Assembly: GCA_963732385.1 (NCBI GenBank)
Contig: CAVSZB010000003.1
Location: forward strand, 192,001-256,000
Length of the DNA stretch: 64,000 nt
Direction of reading: 5' to 3'
Source of the DNA: an uncultured bacterium
GTDB taxonomy: Bacteria > Krumholzibacteriota > Krumholzibacteriia > LZORAL124-64-63
The first letter of the stretch is position 1; every line of letters starts with the position of its first letter. Position numbers and translations under genes: made by a program. The notes beneath the pieces were generated by a model. That model was not told the DNA's origin and made no database searches. It was given only the letters and a program-made list of their open reading frames with translations. Shown piece by piece: positions 27,532-36,372 of the stretch.

Positions 27532-29935
27532 GAACGCCGACCCCGGGACGCTGAAGTACGTCGGCAAAAGCAGCGATCGCTCGGAGGTCACCGAGAAGCT
27601 GACCGGCGAGGCCGTCTATACCAGCGACCTGTCGTTTCCCGGCATGCTGCACGCCCAGATCAAGCAGAGCCCGCACGCACGGGCGCGCATCTGCAGCATC
27701 GACACCTCGCAGGCCGAGCGTCTGCCTGGAGTGCGCGCCGTACTCACGGGCGCAGAACTGGACTACCGGCTCGGTCTTTACATTGTCGACAAGCACATCC
27801 TTGCCCGCGGTGAAGTGCGCCACTTCGGCGAAGCCGTCGCCGCGGTCGCCGCGGACACGCTTGCCATCGCCCGGCGCGCGGCCGACCTGATCGAGGTGGA
27901 ATACGCCGTGCTGCCCGCCGTCCTGAACCACATGGACGCACTGAAGGAAGGCGCCCCGCTGGTTCATCCGGACCTTGGCCGGTACGACCACGTCGCCGCG
28001 GCCTTCACGCCGGCTCCGGGCACCAACATCGCGAACCTGACCAGGCTGCGGAAGGGTGACGTCGAGCAGGGCTTTGCCGAATCCGCGTGGCTGATCGAGC
28101 GCGAGTACACGAATCCCTCGGTGCAGCACGTGCCGATGGAGACACACGTCGCGATCGCCGAATGGAAGGCGGGCGACAACATCAACATCTGGTCCAGCGC
28201 GCAGTCGCCGTTCACCGTGCGCAATCTGTTCTGCCATACGTTCGGGCTGCCGCTCAACAAGGTGCGGGTGATGGTGCCGCACGTCGGCGGCGGATTCGGA
28301 GGCAAGGCCGGCATCCATCTCGAGCCCCTCGTGGCCTGCCTCTCGCGCAAGGCGGGCGGCCGGCCGGTCAAATTCCAGGCCACGCGCGAAGAGGAGTTCA
28401 GCCTGCTGCCGTGCCGCAGCGCGCTCACCTACCGGATCAAGACCGGCGTCGCCGCTGACGGCAAAATCATCGCCCAGAAGATGACCATGTATTGGGACGC
28501 CGGCGCCTACGCCGACTACGCGGTGAATGTCACGCGCGCGTCGGGCTACTCCGCTGCGGGTCCCTACGAGATTCCCAACGCCTGGGTGGACGCCTACACG
28601 CTTTACACGAACAAGCCGTACGGCACGGCGTATCGCGGCTTCGGGCACGTTGAGTTCTTCTGGGGGGTCGAGCGCCACATGGAGCTCATCGCCGATGTTA
28701 TCGGCATGGACCCGCTTGAGTTCCGCCGCAGGAACGCGCTCGTGCCCGGTTCGAAAACGTTGACTGGCGAGACGATCACCAGCAACACCGGCGACGTCAC
28801 CCGGTGCATCGACGCGGTTGCCGAGTCGATCGGTTACGGCCGGCTCGATGCTGACGAATCGGCCCGCGAGCAGCGCACCGGCCGCAAGATCGGCAAGGGC
28901 CTCGCGGCATTGCACAAGGCGCCGGCCATGCCGCCGTTCACCGCCTCGGCCATTGTCATCAAGATGAACTCCGACGGCACCGTGGTCGTCAACCTCGGCC
29001 TGACCGAAATCGGCCAGGGCTCCACCACGGCGATGGCGCAGATCGTGGCCGAGCGGCTGAAATTCGATATGGCGAAAGTAAAGATCTGCGTAGACAAGGA
29101 TACCGACCGCGATCCGTACGACTGGCAGACCGTCGCCTCGAAGGGGCTGATCCTGAGTGGAAACGCGGCGATCCTGGCGTGTGATGACCTGCTGGGAAAC
29201 GCGTACAGCGTCGCCGCCCAGGTGCTGCGGGCCCAGGTGCTGGACCTCGATCATGACTCCGAGAAGGTGTTCGTGAAGCACCATCCCGATCACTCGGTGA
29301 CCTTCGCGGCCCTTGCGGTCGGCTATGCGTTTCCCAACGGCAATGCGATCGGCGGTCCGCTCATCGGCGTGGGACGATACGTGGCGCAGGGGCTTTCGAA
29401 CCTCGACAAGGAGACCGGACAGGGCAACCCCGCCCTCGACTGGACCTATGGGGCGCACGGCGTGATCGTGGAGGTGGATCCCGTGAGCGGCGAGTACCAC
29501 GTCCTCAAGATTGCGTCGGCGTTCGACGTCGGCAAGGTGATCAACCCGGAGATCGTGCGCGGCCAGTGCATCGGCGGCATGGTGCAGGGCCTCGGGACCG
29601 CGATCTGCGAAGGCTACATCTACGACGAGCAGGGGCACCTCCTGAACCCGTCGTTTACGGACAACAAGATCCCCACCGCGCGCGATATCCCCGATGTGAT
29701 CGAAAGCATTGCGGTGGAGACGCCGCAGCTCGACGGACCATACGGCGCCCGCGGCGTTGGCGAGCATCCGATGATTTCCGTGGCTCCCGCGCTCGGCAAT
29801 GCCATCAGGCATGCCGTCGGCGCCGAGCTGACGCACATGCCGATTCGGGCCGAGGACGTGTGGCGCGCGATGGGAAACAGGGAATCAATCGATAACTGGA
29901 TCACGAAGACGCCGAACAGGTCCTGCAAAGCGTGA
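27524..29935 (+). CDS. Xanthine dehydrogenase-family molybdopterin-binding subunit
   Basis: VGGGFGGK, AYRGFG, EIGQG, GPYGARGVGE with the catalytic Glu. Confidence 0.93.
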   Translation: MHENADPGTLKYVGKSSDRSEVTEKLTGEAVYTSDLSFPGMLHAQIKQSPHARARICSIDTSQAERLPGVRAVLTGAELDYRLGLYIVDKHILARGEVRHFGEAVAAVAADTLAIARRAADLIEVEYAVLPAVLNHMDALKEGAPLVHPDLGRYDHVAAAFTPAPGTNIANLTRLRKGDVEQGFAESAWLIEREYTNPSVQHVPMETHVAIAEWKAGDNINIWSSAQSPFTVRNLFCHTFGLPLNKVRVMVPHVGGGFGGKAGIHLEPLVACLSRKAGGRPVKFQATREEEFSLLPCRSALTYRIKTGVAADGKIIAQKMTMYWDAGAYADYAVNVTRASGYSAAGPYEIPNAWVDAYTLYTNKPYGTAYRGFGHVEFFWGVERHMELIADVIGMDPLEFRRRNALVPGSKTLTGETITSNTGDVTRCIDAVAESIGYGRLDADESAREQRTGRKIGKGLAALHKAPAMPPFTASAIVIKMNSDGTVVVNLGLTEIGQGSTTAMAQIVAERLKFDMAKVKICVDKDTDRDPYDWQTVASKGLILSGNAAILACDDLLGNAYSVAAQVLRAQVLDLDHDSEKVFVKHHPDHSVTFAALAVGYAFPNGNAIGGPLIGVGRYVAQGLSNLDKETGQGNPALDWTYGAHGVIVEVDPVSGEYHVLKIASAFDVGKVINPEIVRGQCIGGMVQGLGTAICEGYIYDEQGHLLNPSFTDNKIPTARDIPDVIESIAVETPQLDGPYGARGVGEHPMISVAPALGNAIRHAVGAELTHMPIRAEDVWRAMGNRESIDNWITKTPNRSCKA

Positions 29936-29966
29936 GGTGCGTGAGGGGGCGTGGCGGCGCATACGT

Positions 29967-29998
29967 ACAGCGGTTGCTACGGGAGCAATAAGTGCGCG
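29967..29998 (+). repeat. Dispersed intergenic repeat, copy 1 (ACAGCGGTTGCTACGSGWGCAA..AGT..GCG)
   Basis: ACAGCGGTTGCTACGGGAGCAATAAGTGCGCG; related copies at 42604, 42671, 44264, 47548, 54094, 54256 and 54322. Confidence 0.8.
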
Positions 29999-30353
29999 GC
30001 GGCGAGTCGCCGGGGTGCGCGGCGCTTCCGGCGGGAATTGCGGTGTCGGTGCGCATGGGGTGCGCCGTCTAAGGTCCTCGTCCCGCGGTCCGGGGGATCT
30101 GAAGCCCGAACCGGACTTATCCCGCACATCGCGCTAGCTTTTCCCAGTACCAGGCTCAGAAAGGCGGGCTCTAAGTATACTTCAGCAAATTAACAATCTT
30201 TAGCGCAAAATACATTTCCGACCCGAAGCGCTGCTATCATTCACTCCTGTAGTCATTTACGGGACCAGTATCCCGACCGCAACCCCCCAATAATGAAAAT
30301 CCCTTGACAGCCGCAGAGCAGGCTACGAATTTGCCCCCGTGCATAGCATCACA

Positions 30354-30371
30354 GTGTGACTTTCTTCACAA
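30354..30371 (+). promoter_or_regulatory. Putative Rex operator upstream of the hydrogenase operon
   Basis: GTGTGACTTTCTTCACAA matches TTGTGAAnnnnTTCACAA at 12 of 14 positions; a weaker site at 30337-30354 and a TTGACA at 30304-30309. Confidence 0.6.
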
Positions 30372-30488
30372 TGTCGATTGCAAATGCTCGTCCAGAACGT
30401 GTAGCAGCTGCCGATAGCATAACGGGAACAGGCGGGCGCTCTTATTCCGCGGGCGTTGATGAGCCTGGCACAGAGGGGAGTCGGGAGC

Positions 30489-30983
30489 ATGAGCAGTCAG
30501 GTTGAAGCTGTCCTGGCGAGTCACCCCGGGGCGGGGCGAGACAAGCTGATCCCGATCCTGCAGGAGGTGCAGGAGGCCGAGGGCTACCTGTCGGAGCCGG
30601 CGATCGTGGCGATAGGCCGGCACCTGAAGCTGCCGGCCAGCAAGATCTACGGGGTGGCCACCTTCTACAACCAGTTCCGCTTCGCGCCAAAGGGGCGCTT
30701 CCACGTCATGATCTGCCGCGGCACCGCCTGTCACGTGAAGGGCTCGGCCAAGGTGCTCGATACGGTGACCCGGTCGCTGCGCCTGGAGCCGGGGCAGACC
30801 TCCCGCGACGGGCTGTTCAGCCTCGAGGTGGTGGCGTGCATGGGCGCCTGCGCCCTGTCGCCGGCGATCGCCATCAACGGGCAGTTCTTTCCGAAGGTGT
30901 CGCCCACGAAGATCGTCAAGCTGCTGGACCAGTGCCGGCAGGAAGCGGCGGCGAAGACCCCGGATGCGGTGACCAACGCGTGA
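30489..30983 (+). CDS. hydC: NuoE-like 2Fe-2S hydrogenase subunit (HydC/HndA-like)
   Basis: LIPILQEVQ, YGVATFYNQF, CRGTACHVKGS, VACMGACALSP. Confidence 0.92.
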   Translation: MSSQVEAVLASHPGAGRDKLIPILQEVQEAEGYLSEPAIVAIGRHLKLPASKIYGVATFYNQFRFAPKGRFHVMICRGTACHVKGSAKVLDTVTRSLRLEPGQTSRDGLFSLEVVACMGACALSPAIAINGQFFPKVSPTKIVKLLDQCRQEAAAKTPDAVTNA

Positions 30984-31043
30984 CGAAGTAACCCCCCGCG
31001 CCGGCGGTCGGGCCGCGGGCGGCGGGGCCGAGGAGAGTACGTC

Positions 31044-34000
31044 ATGATGCGATTCGCCAATGAACGGCAGCTGGAAACCTACCGAGAGTCCCTCAAGGCC
31101 GCACACGACCCGACCAGAACGCGCATCTGCGTGTGCGGCGGCACGGGGTGCAACGCGCAGGGGTCGATCGATCTGGTGCGCGAGCTGCGGGCGGCGGTCG
31201 GGAAGTACGGGCTGGCCGACAGGGTCGAGGTCAAGGCCACCGGGTGCCACGGCTTCTGCGAGAAGGGGCCGGTAGTGGTGGTGCGGCCCGAGAACATCTT
31301 CTACGTGCTCGTGAAGCCGGACGACGCCGACGAACTGGTGCGGGTGACCTGCGTCGAGAAAGGCGTGGTTGAGCGGCTGCAGTACATCGACCCGACCTCC
31401 GGGCAGCGCATCTTGCGTGAGCAGGACGTGCCATTCTACAAGCAGCAGATGCGCGTCATTCTGGGCGACAACGGGCACCTCGACCCCACCTCCATCGACG
31501 ACTACCTGCTCAACGGCGGCTACATGGCGCTGGGGAAGGCCCTCACGAACCTGACGCCGGAAGACGTCATCGACGAAGTGAAGCGCGCCGGGCTGCGCGG
31601 GCGCGGGGGAGCCGGCTTCCCCACCGCCCGCAAGTGGGAGCTGTGCCGCCAGCAGCCGGGCGACGAGAAATACATCATCTGCAACGCCGATGAGGGCGAT
31701 CCGGGCGCCTACATGAACCGCTCGGAGCTGGAAGGCAATCCGCACCTCATGATCGAGGGCATGATGATCGGGGCCTACGCCATCGGGGCGAGCAAGGCCT
31801 ACATCTACTGCCGCGCGGAGTATCCCCTGGCGATCGAGCAGGTGGAACGGGCGATCGCGCAGGCCCGGGAATGCGGGCTGCTCGGGGAGAACATCCTCGA
31901 CAGCGGCTTCAGCCTCGACATGGTCATCAAGATGGGCGCCGGCGCCTTCGTGTGCGGCGAGGAGACCGCCCTCATGGCCAGCATCGAGGGCAAGCGCGGC
32001 ATGCCGCGGCCGCGGCCGCCGTTCCCGGCGCAGTCGGGCGTGTTCGGCAGTCCGTCGAACATCAACAACGTCGAGACCTGGTGCAACGTGCCGCTCATTT
32101 TGGCGCGTGGCGCCGACTGGTTCGCCGGCATCGGGAGCGAGAAGTCTAAGGGGACGAAGGTGTTCTCGCTGGTCGGCTGTGTGAACAACACCGGTCTGGT
32201 GGAGGTGCCGTTCGGCACCTCGTTGCGTGAGATAGTCAATGAGATAGGCGGCGGCGTTCCGCGCGGGCGGAAGTTCAAGGCCGCGCAGATGGGTGGGCCG
32301 TCGGGCGGGTGCATCCCGGCCAGCCAGATGGACGTCAAGATCGATTACGAGTCTCTGCAGTCGCTCGGCGCGATCGTCGGTTCGGGCGGCCTGGTGGTGA
32401 TGGACGAGAGCACCTGCATGGTGGACCTCGCCAAGTACTTCATGGAGTTCATCCAGTCCGAGTCGTGCGGCAAGTGCATTCCGTGCCGCGAGGGAACGCG
32501 GCGCATGCACGAGATCCTGGTCGCGCTGACGCGGCCGCGGGGCAAGGACGAGGAGCTCGACGCGCTGCTGCGATTCCAGGGTGTTATGGAGCTGGAACGA
32601 CTGGCCGAGGTGATCCGGCGCACGTCGCTGTGCGGGCTGGGGCAGACCGCCCCGAATCCGGTGCTCAGCACGCTGAGGTGGTTCCGCGAAGAGTACGAGC
32701 AGCACGTGTTCGAGCGGCGGTGCGCCGCCGGTTCGTGCAAGGAGCTCGTCGGCGCGCCGTGCCAGAACGGCTGCCCGGTCGGCACGGAGGTGTGGCGCTA
32801 CGTGGCGCACATCGGCCGCGGCGAGGTGCAGGAGGCGTACCAGGCGATCCGCAGCGCGAATCCGTTCCCGTCGGCCTGCGCGCGCGTGTGCAATCACCCC
32901 TGCGAGATGATCTGCCGCGCCGGCGCCAGCGGACGGCGACCCGGTCGCCATCCGCACGCTGAAGCGTTACGTGGTGGATCACGTCGATCCGGCCAGCTAC
33001 CGGACGACCATTCTGCCCGCGGCCCCCGAGGCGAAGAAGGTGGCTGTGGTCGGCGCCGGTCCGGCGGGGCTCACGGCGGCGCACGAGCTTTCGAAGCGGG
33101 GTTACCGCGTGGCTCTGATCGAGCGCGAGGCGAAGGCCGGCGGCATGCTGGTGGCCGGCATCCCCGCGTACCGGTTGCCGCGCGACATCCTCGAACGTGA
33201 GATCGCCGCTCTGCTCGATCCCAACATCACGCTGCGCCTGAACACGGAGCTCGGGCGGGATGTCACGCTCGAAGAGCTGCGGCGCGACCACGCGGCCGTG
33301 TACGTGACCCTGGGCTCGCACCGCTCGAAGACGCTCGGGCTGCCGGGTGAGGAGGTGGCGGGGGTCGTGCCGGGCATCCGCTTCCTGAAGGCGTGGAACC
33401 TGGGCGGTGAGTGCCTCGCTCGCGGGCGCGTGGGGGTCATCGGCGGCGGAAACTCGGCGCTCGACGCGGCGCGGGTGGCTCTGCGCCAGCCGGACGTGAC
33501 GTCGGTCACCATCCTCTACCGACGCTCCCGCGAGGAGATGCCGGCGTACGCGGAGGAGATCCACGCGGCGCTCGAGGAAGGCATCGCGCTCGAGACGATG
33601 GTGGCGCCCACCGGTCTCGCCGCAGCGAGCGGACATCTGACCGGCGTGCTGCTCCAGCGCAACACTTTGGGTGAGCCCGATGCCGGCGGTCGGCGACGGC
33701 CGGTACCGATCCCCGGCAGCGAATTCATGTTGTCGCTCGATACGCTCGTGGTGGCGATCAGCGAGGAGCCGGAGCTTGAAGCCCTGGCTGAGCTCAAGAA
33801 GACGCGCGGCGGCGGCCTGAGCGTGGACACCGAGGCTTCCACGACCAGCCTGCCGGGCGTCTTCGCCGGCGGCGATGTGGCGACGGGGCCCAACACGGTG
33901 ATCGCGGCGATTGCGGCCGGCAAGGACGCGGCGATGATGATCGACCGCTATGTGCATGGACGCCAGTTGAAACGGCTGCCGCGGGTGCTGCTGCCTACGG

Positions 34001-34191
34001 TCTTCGTGGCGCCGCCGGTCGATGGCGACGAAAGCGACACGGCGCCGGTGCGGCGGGTGCACCAGCCGTGTCTGGAGGCCGCGCTGAGGCAGGGTTTCGC
34101 CGAGGTCGAACTGTGCATCTCCGACGAGGACGCGATCCGCGAGGCGCGGCGCTGCATGCGCTGCGACCTGGAGTTCACGCACCCGGCGTAA
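31044..34191 (+). CDS. hydB: NuoF-like diaphorase subunit (HydB) fused to a GltD/NfnB-like flavoprotein; one extra base near 32934
   Basis: CGGTGC/GCHGFC domain, GLRGRGGAGFP, CNADEGDPGA, ESCGKCIPCREG, SLCGLG; then CQNGCPVG, NPFPSACARVCNHPCE, VGAGPAGL, IGGGNSALDAAR, YRRSREEMPA, EARRCMRC. Removing one base from AGC GGA C GGC GAC joins the two ORFs as SGGDPVAIRTLKRY. Confidence 0.88.
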
Positions 34192-34233
34192 CGGGCGGCA
34201 CGTCATGTGGGACGCTGAAAGAGGAGACTCCTC

Positions 34234-35955
34234 ATGCTGAACATGCAGATCAACGGCCGCGCGGCCGAGGCCAGGCCCGGCGAAACCATTCTGCAGGCGC
34301 TCAACCGCGCGGGAGTGAAGGTGCCGACGCTGTGCCACGTGGAGGGGCTCACCCCCACCGGCGCTTGCCGGCTGTGCATGGTCGAACTGGAGGCCAGCCA
34401 CCAGCTCGTGCCTGCCTGTTCCTACCCGGTGGCCGAGGGGATGGCGGTAAACACCCGCACGCCCACGGTGCTCGAGGCGCGTCGCACGATCCTGGAGCTG
34501 TTGCTGTCGAACCACCCCGACGACTGCCTCTACTGCCTGCGCAACGGCCACTGCGACCTGCAGCGGCTGGCGCAGGAGCACGGCATCGACCAGCGCCTCT
34601 ATCGTGGCAAGAAGACGAAGACGCCGCTCGACAAGTCGGGCCCGGCGCTGATCCGCGATCCGGAGAAGTGCATCCTGTGCGGGCGCTGCGTGCGCGTGTG
34701 CGAGGAGATCCAGACGGTCGCGGCGATCGACTTCATGGGCCGCGGCTGTAATGCCTACGTGGGCACCGCTTTCGACCGCGGGCTGAACGTGTCGAGCTGC
34801 ATACTCTGCGGCCAGTGCGTGCGCGTGTGCCCGACCGGAGCGCTGGTCGAGCGCAACCAGGTGCGTGAAGTGCTGCAGGCGCTGGCCGACCCGGAGGCGT
34901 TCTGCGTCGTGCAACACGCGCCGGCGGTGTCGGTGACCGTGGCCGAGGAATTCGGGCTCAAGCCGGGCGGCGACGTGGACGGGAAAATGGTGGCGGCGCT
35001 GCGCAGCATCGGCTTCAAGCGCGTGTTCGACACCTCTTTCACCGCAGATCTGACCATCATGGAGGAGGGCTCCGAACTGGTCCAGCGCATCAAAACCGGC
35101 GGCGTGCTGCCGATGATGACCTCCTGCTCGCCGGGCTGGATCAAGTTCGTGGAGGAGTTCTACCCGGAGTTCATCCCCAACCTCTCGACCTGCAAGAGTC
35201 CGCAGCAGATGATGGGCGCGCTGATCAAGAGCTTCGTGGCCGAGCGCGAAGGTATTCCGCCGCGGCGCATCGTAAGCGTGTCGATCATGCCGTGCACCGC
35301 CAAGAAGTTCGAATGTGCCCGTCCGGAGATGGGCCAGGACCACGTACCCGATGTCGACATCGTGCTCACCACGCGCGAACTGGCGCAGTTGCTGCGCCTG
35401 TGCGGTGTCGATCTTAACGGCTTCGAGCCGGAAGGCACCGACACCCCGTTCGGCGAGCGTTCGAGCGCGGGCAAGCTGTTCGGCGCCACCGGCGGAGTCA
35501 TGGAGGCGGCGGTGCGCTCGGCGCACTGGCTTTTGACCGGCAGGAACCTGCCGGACCTGAAGGTGGAGCCGCTGCGCGGACTGGACGGCTGCAAGGAGCT
35601 CACCGCGAACCTCGGCGGCATCGAGGTGAAGGCCGCCGTGGTGAGCGGGCTGGGCAATGCCCGCCGTCTGCTCGAGGAGGTGCGCGCGGGACGCAAGCAG
35701 TTCCACTTCATCGAGGTCATGACCTGTCCGGGCGGCTGCATCAACGGTGGCGGTCAGCCGCTTTCCACCACGACCGAAGCGGTCAAGGCGCGCATGAAGC
35801 GTCTCTACCAGATTGATCGCGACGAGACGCTGCGCCTCAGCCACGAGAACCCGTGGGTGAAGCGACTCTATGAGGAGTTCCTGGGTCAGCCGCTCGGCGA
35901 GAAGAGTCACCACCTGCTGCACACGCACTACGCGCAGCGCGACGTCGTGCTGTAA
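34234..35955 (+). CDS. hydA: [FeFe]-hydrogenase catalytic subunit (group A, multimeric)
   Basis: H-cluster motifs TSCSPGW, IMPCTAKKFE, EVMTCPGGCINGGGQP; N-terminal 2Fe-2S, His-ligated 4Fe-4S and 2x4Fe-4S domains; C-terminal SHENP...LLHTHY. Confidence 0.96.
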   Translation: MLNMQINGRAAEARPGETILQALNRAGVKVPTLCHVEGLTPTGACRLCMVELEASHQLVPACSYPVAEGMAVNTRTPTVLEARRTILELLLSNHPDDCLYCLRNGHCDLQRLAQEHGIDQRLYRGKKTKTPLDKSGPALIRDPEKCILCGRCVRVCEEIQTVAAIDFMGRGCNAYVGTAFDRGLNVSSCILCGQCVRVCPTGALVERNQVREVLQALADPEAFCVVQHAPAVSVTVAEEFGLKPGGDVDGKMVAALRSIGFKRVFDTSFTADLTIMEEGSELVQRIKTGGVLPMMTSCSPGWIKFVEEFYPEFIPNLSTCKSPQQMMGALIKSFVAEREGIPPRRIVSVSIMPCTAKKFECARPEMGQDHVPDVDIVLTTRELAQLLRLCGVDLNGFEPEGTDTPFGERSSAGKLFGATGGVMEAAVRSAHWLLTGRNLPDLKVEPLRGLDGCKELTANLGGIEVKAAVVSGLGNARRLLEEVRAGRKQFHFIEVMTCPGGCINGGGQPLSTTTEAVKARMKRLYQIDRDETLRLSHENPWVKRLYEEFLGQPLGEKSHHLLHTHYAQRDVVL

Positions 35956-35972
35956 CGGGAGGAAGAGGGCAT

Positions 35973-36365
35973 ATGGAGACCGGGAAGAGGGTCCTGCTGG
36001 TCGACGATGACGACGATATCCTGGCTCAGTTGAGCCTGCTGTTCCGGGCCGACGGCTTCGAGGTGACAACCGCCGGCAGCCGCGCCGAGGGAGAGGAGGC
36101 GCTGCTGGGTCTCCACCCGGACCTGTGCGTGTTCGACCTGATGATGGAGGAGATGGACGCTGGGTTCGTGCTGTCAAACACGGCCAAGCGACTCTATCCC
36201 GACGTGCCGGTGATTCTCCTCACGGCTGTCGCTTCGGCTACTGGCCTGGACTTCCGGCCCAAGTCGGCCACGGCCCGCGCCTGGGTGAAGGCCGATGCGA
36301 TCCTCGACAAGCCGGTACGACCCGAGCAGTTGCGGGCCGAGGTAAGAAAACTGCTTTCGGCCTGA
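35973..36365 (+). CDS. Stand-alone response regulator receiver protein
   Basis: VLLVDDD, CVFDLMME, VILLT, LDKPV. Confidence 0.9.
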   Translation: METGKRVLLVDDDDDILAQLSLLFRADGFEVTTAGSRAEGEEALLGLHPDLCVFDLMMEEMDAGFVLSNTAKRLYPDVPVILLTAVASATGLDFRPKSATARAWVKADAILDKPVRPEQLRAEVRKLLSA

Positions 36366-36372
36366 AGGACCG

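Noticed and set aside
26231..29935. Aerobic CO dehydrogenase (CoxMSL)
   Set aside because: The active-site loop is AYRGFG, not AYxCSFR (form I) or AYxGAGR (form II).
32925..32945. Programmed ribosomal frameshift in hydB
   Set aside because: No slippery heptamer or homopolymer; similar single-base insertions elsewhere point to sequence error.
30489..35955. Respiratory complex I nuoEFG
   Set aside because: The third gene has complete H-cluster motifs and no membrane nuo genes are adjacent.
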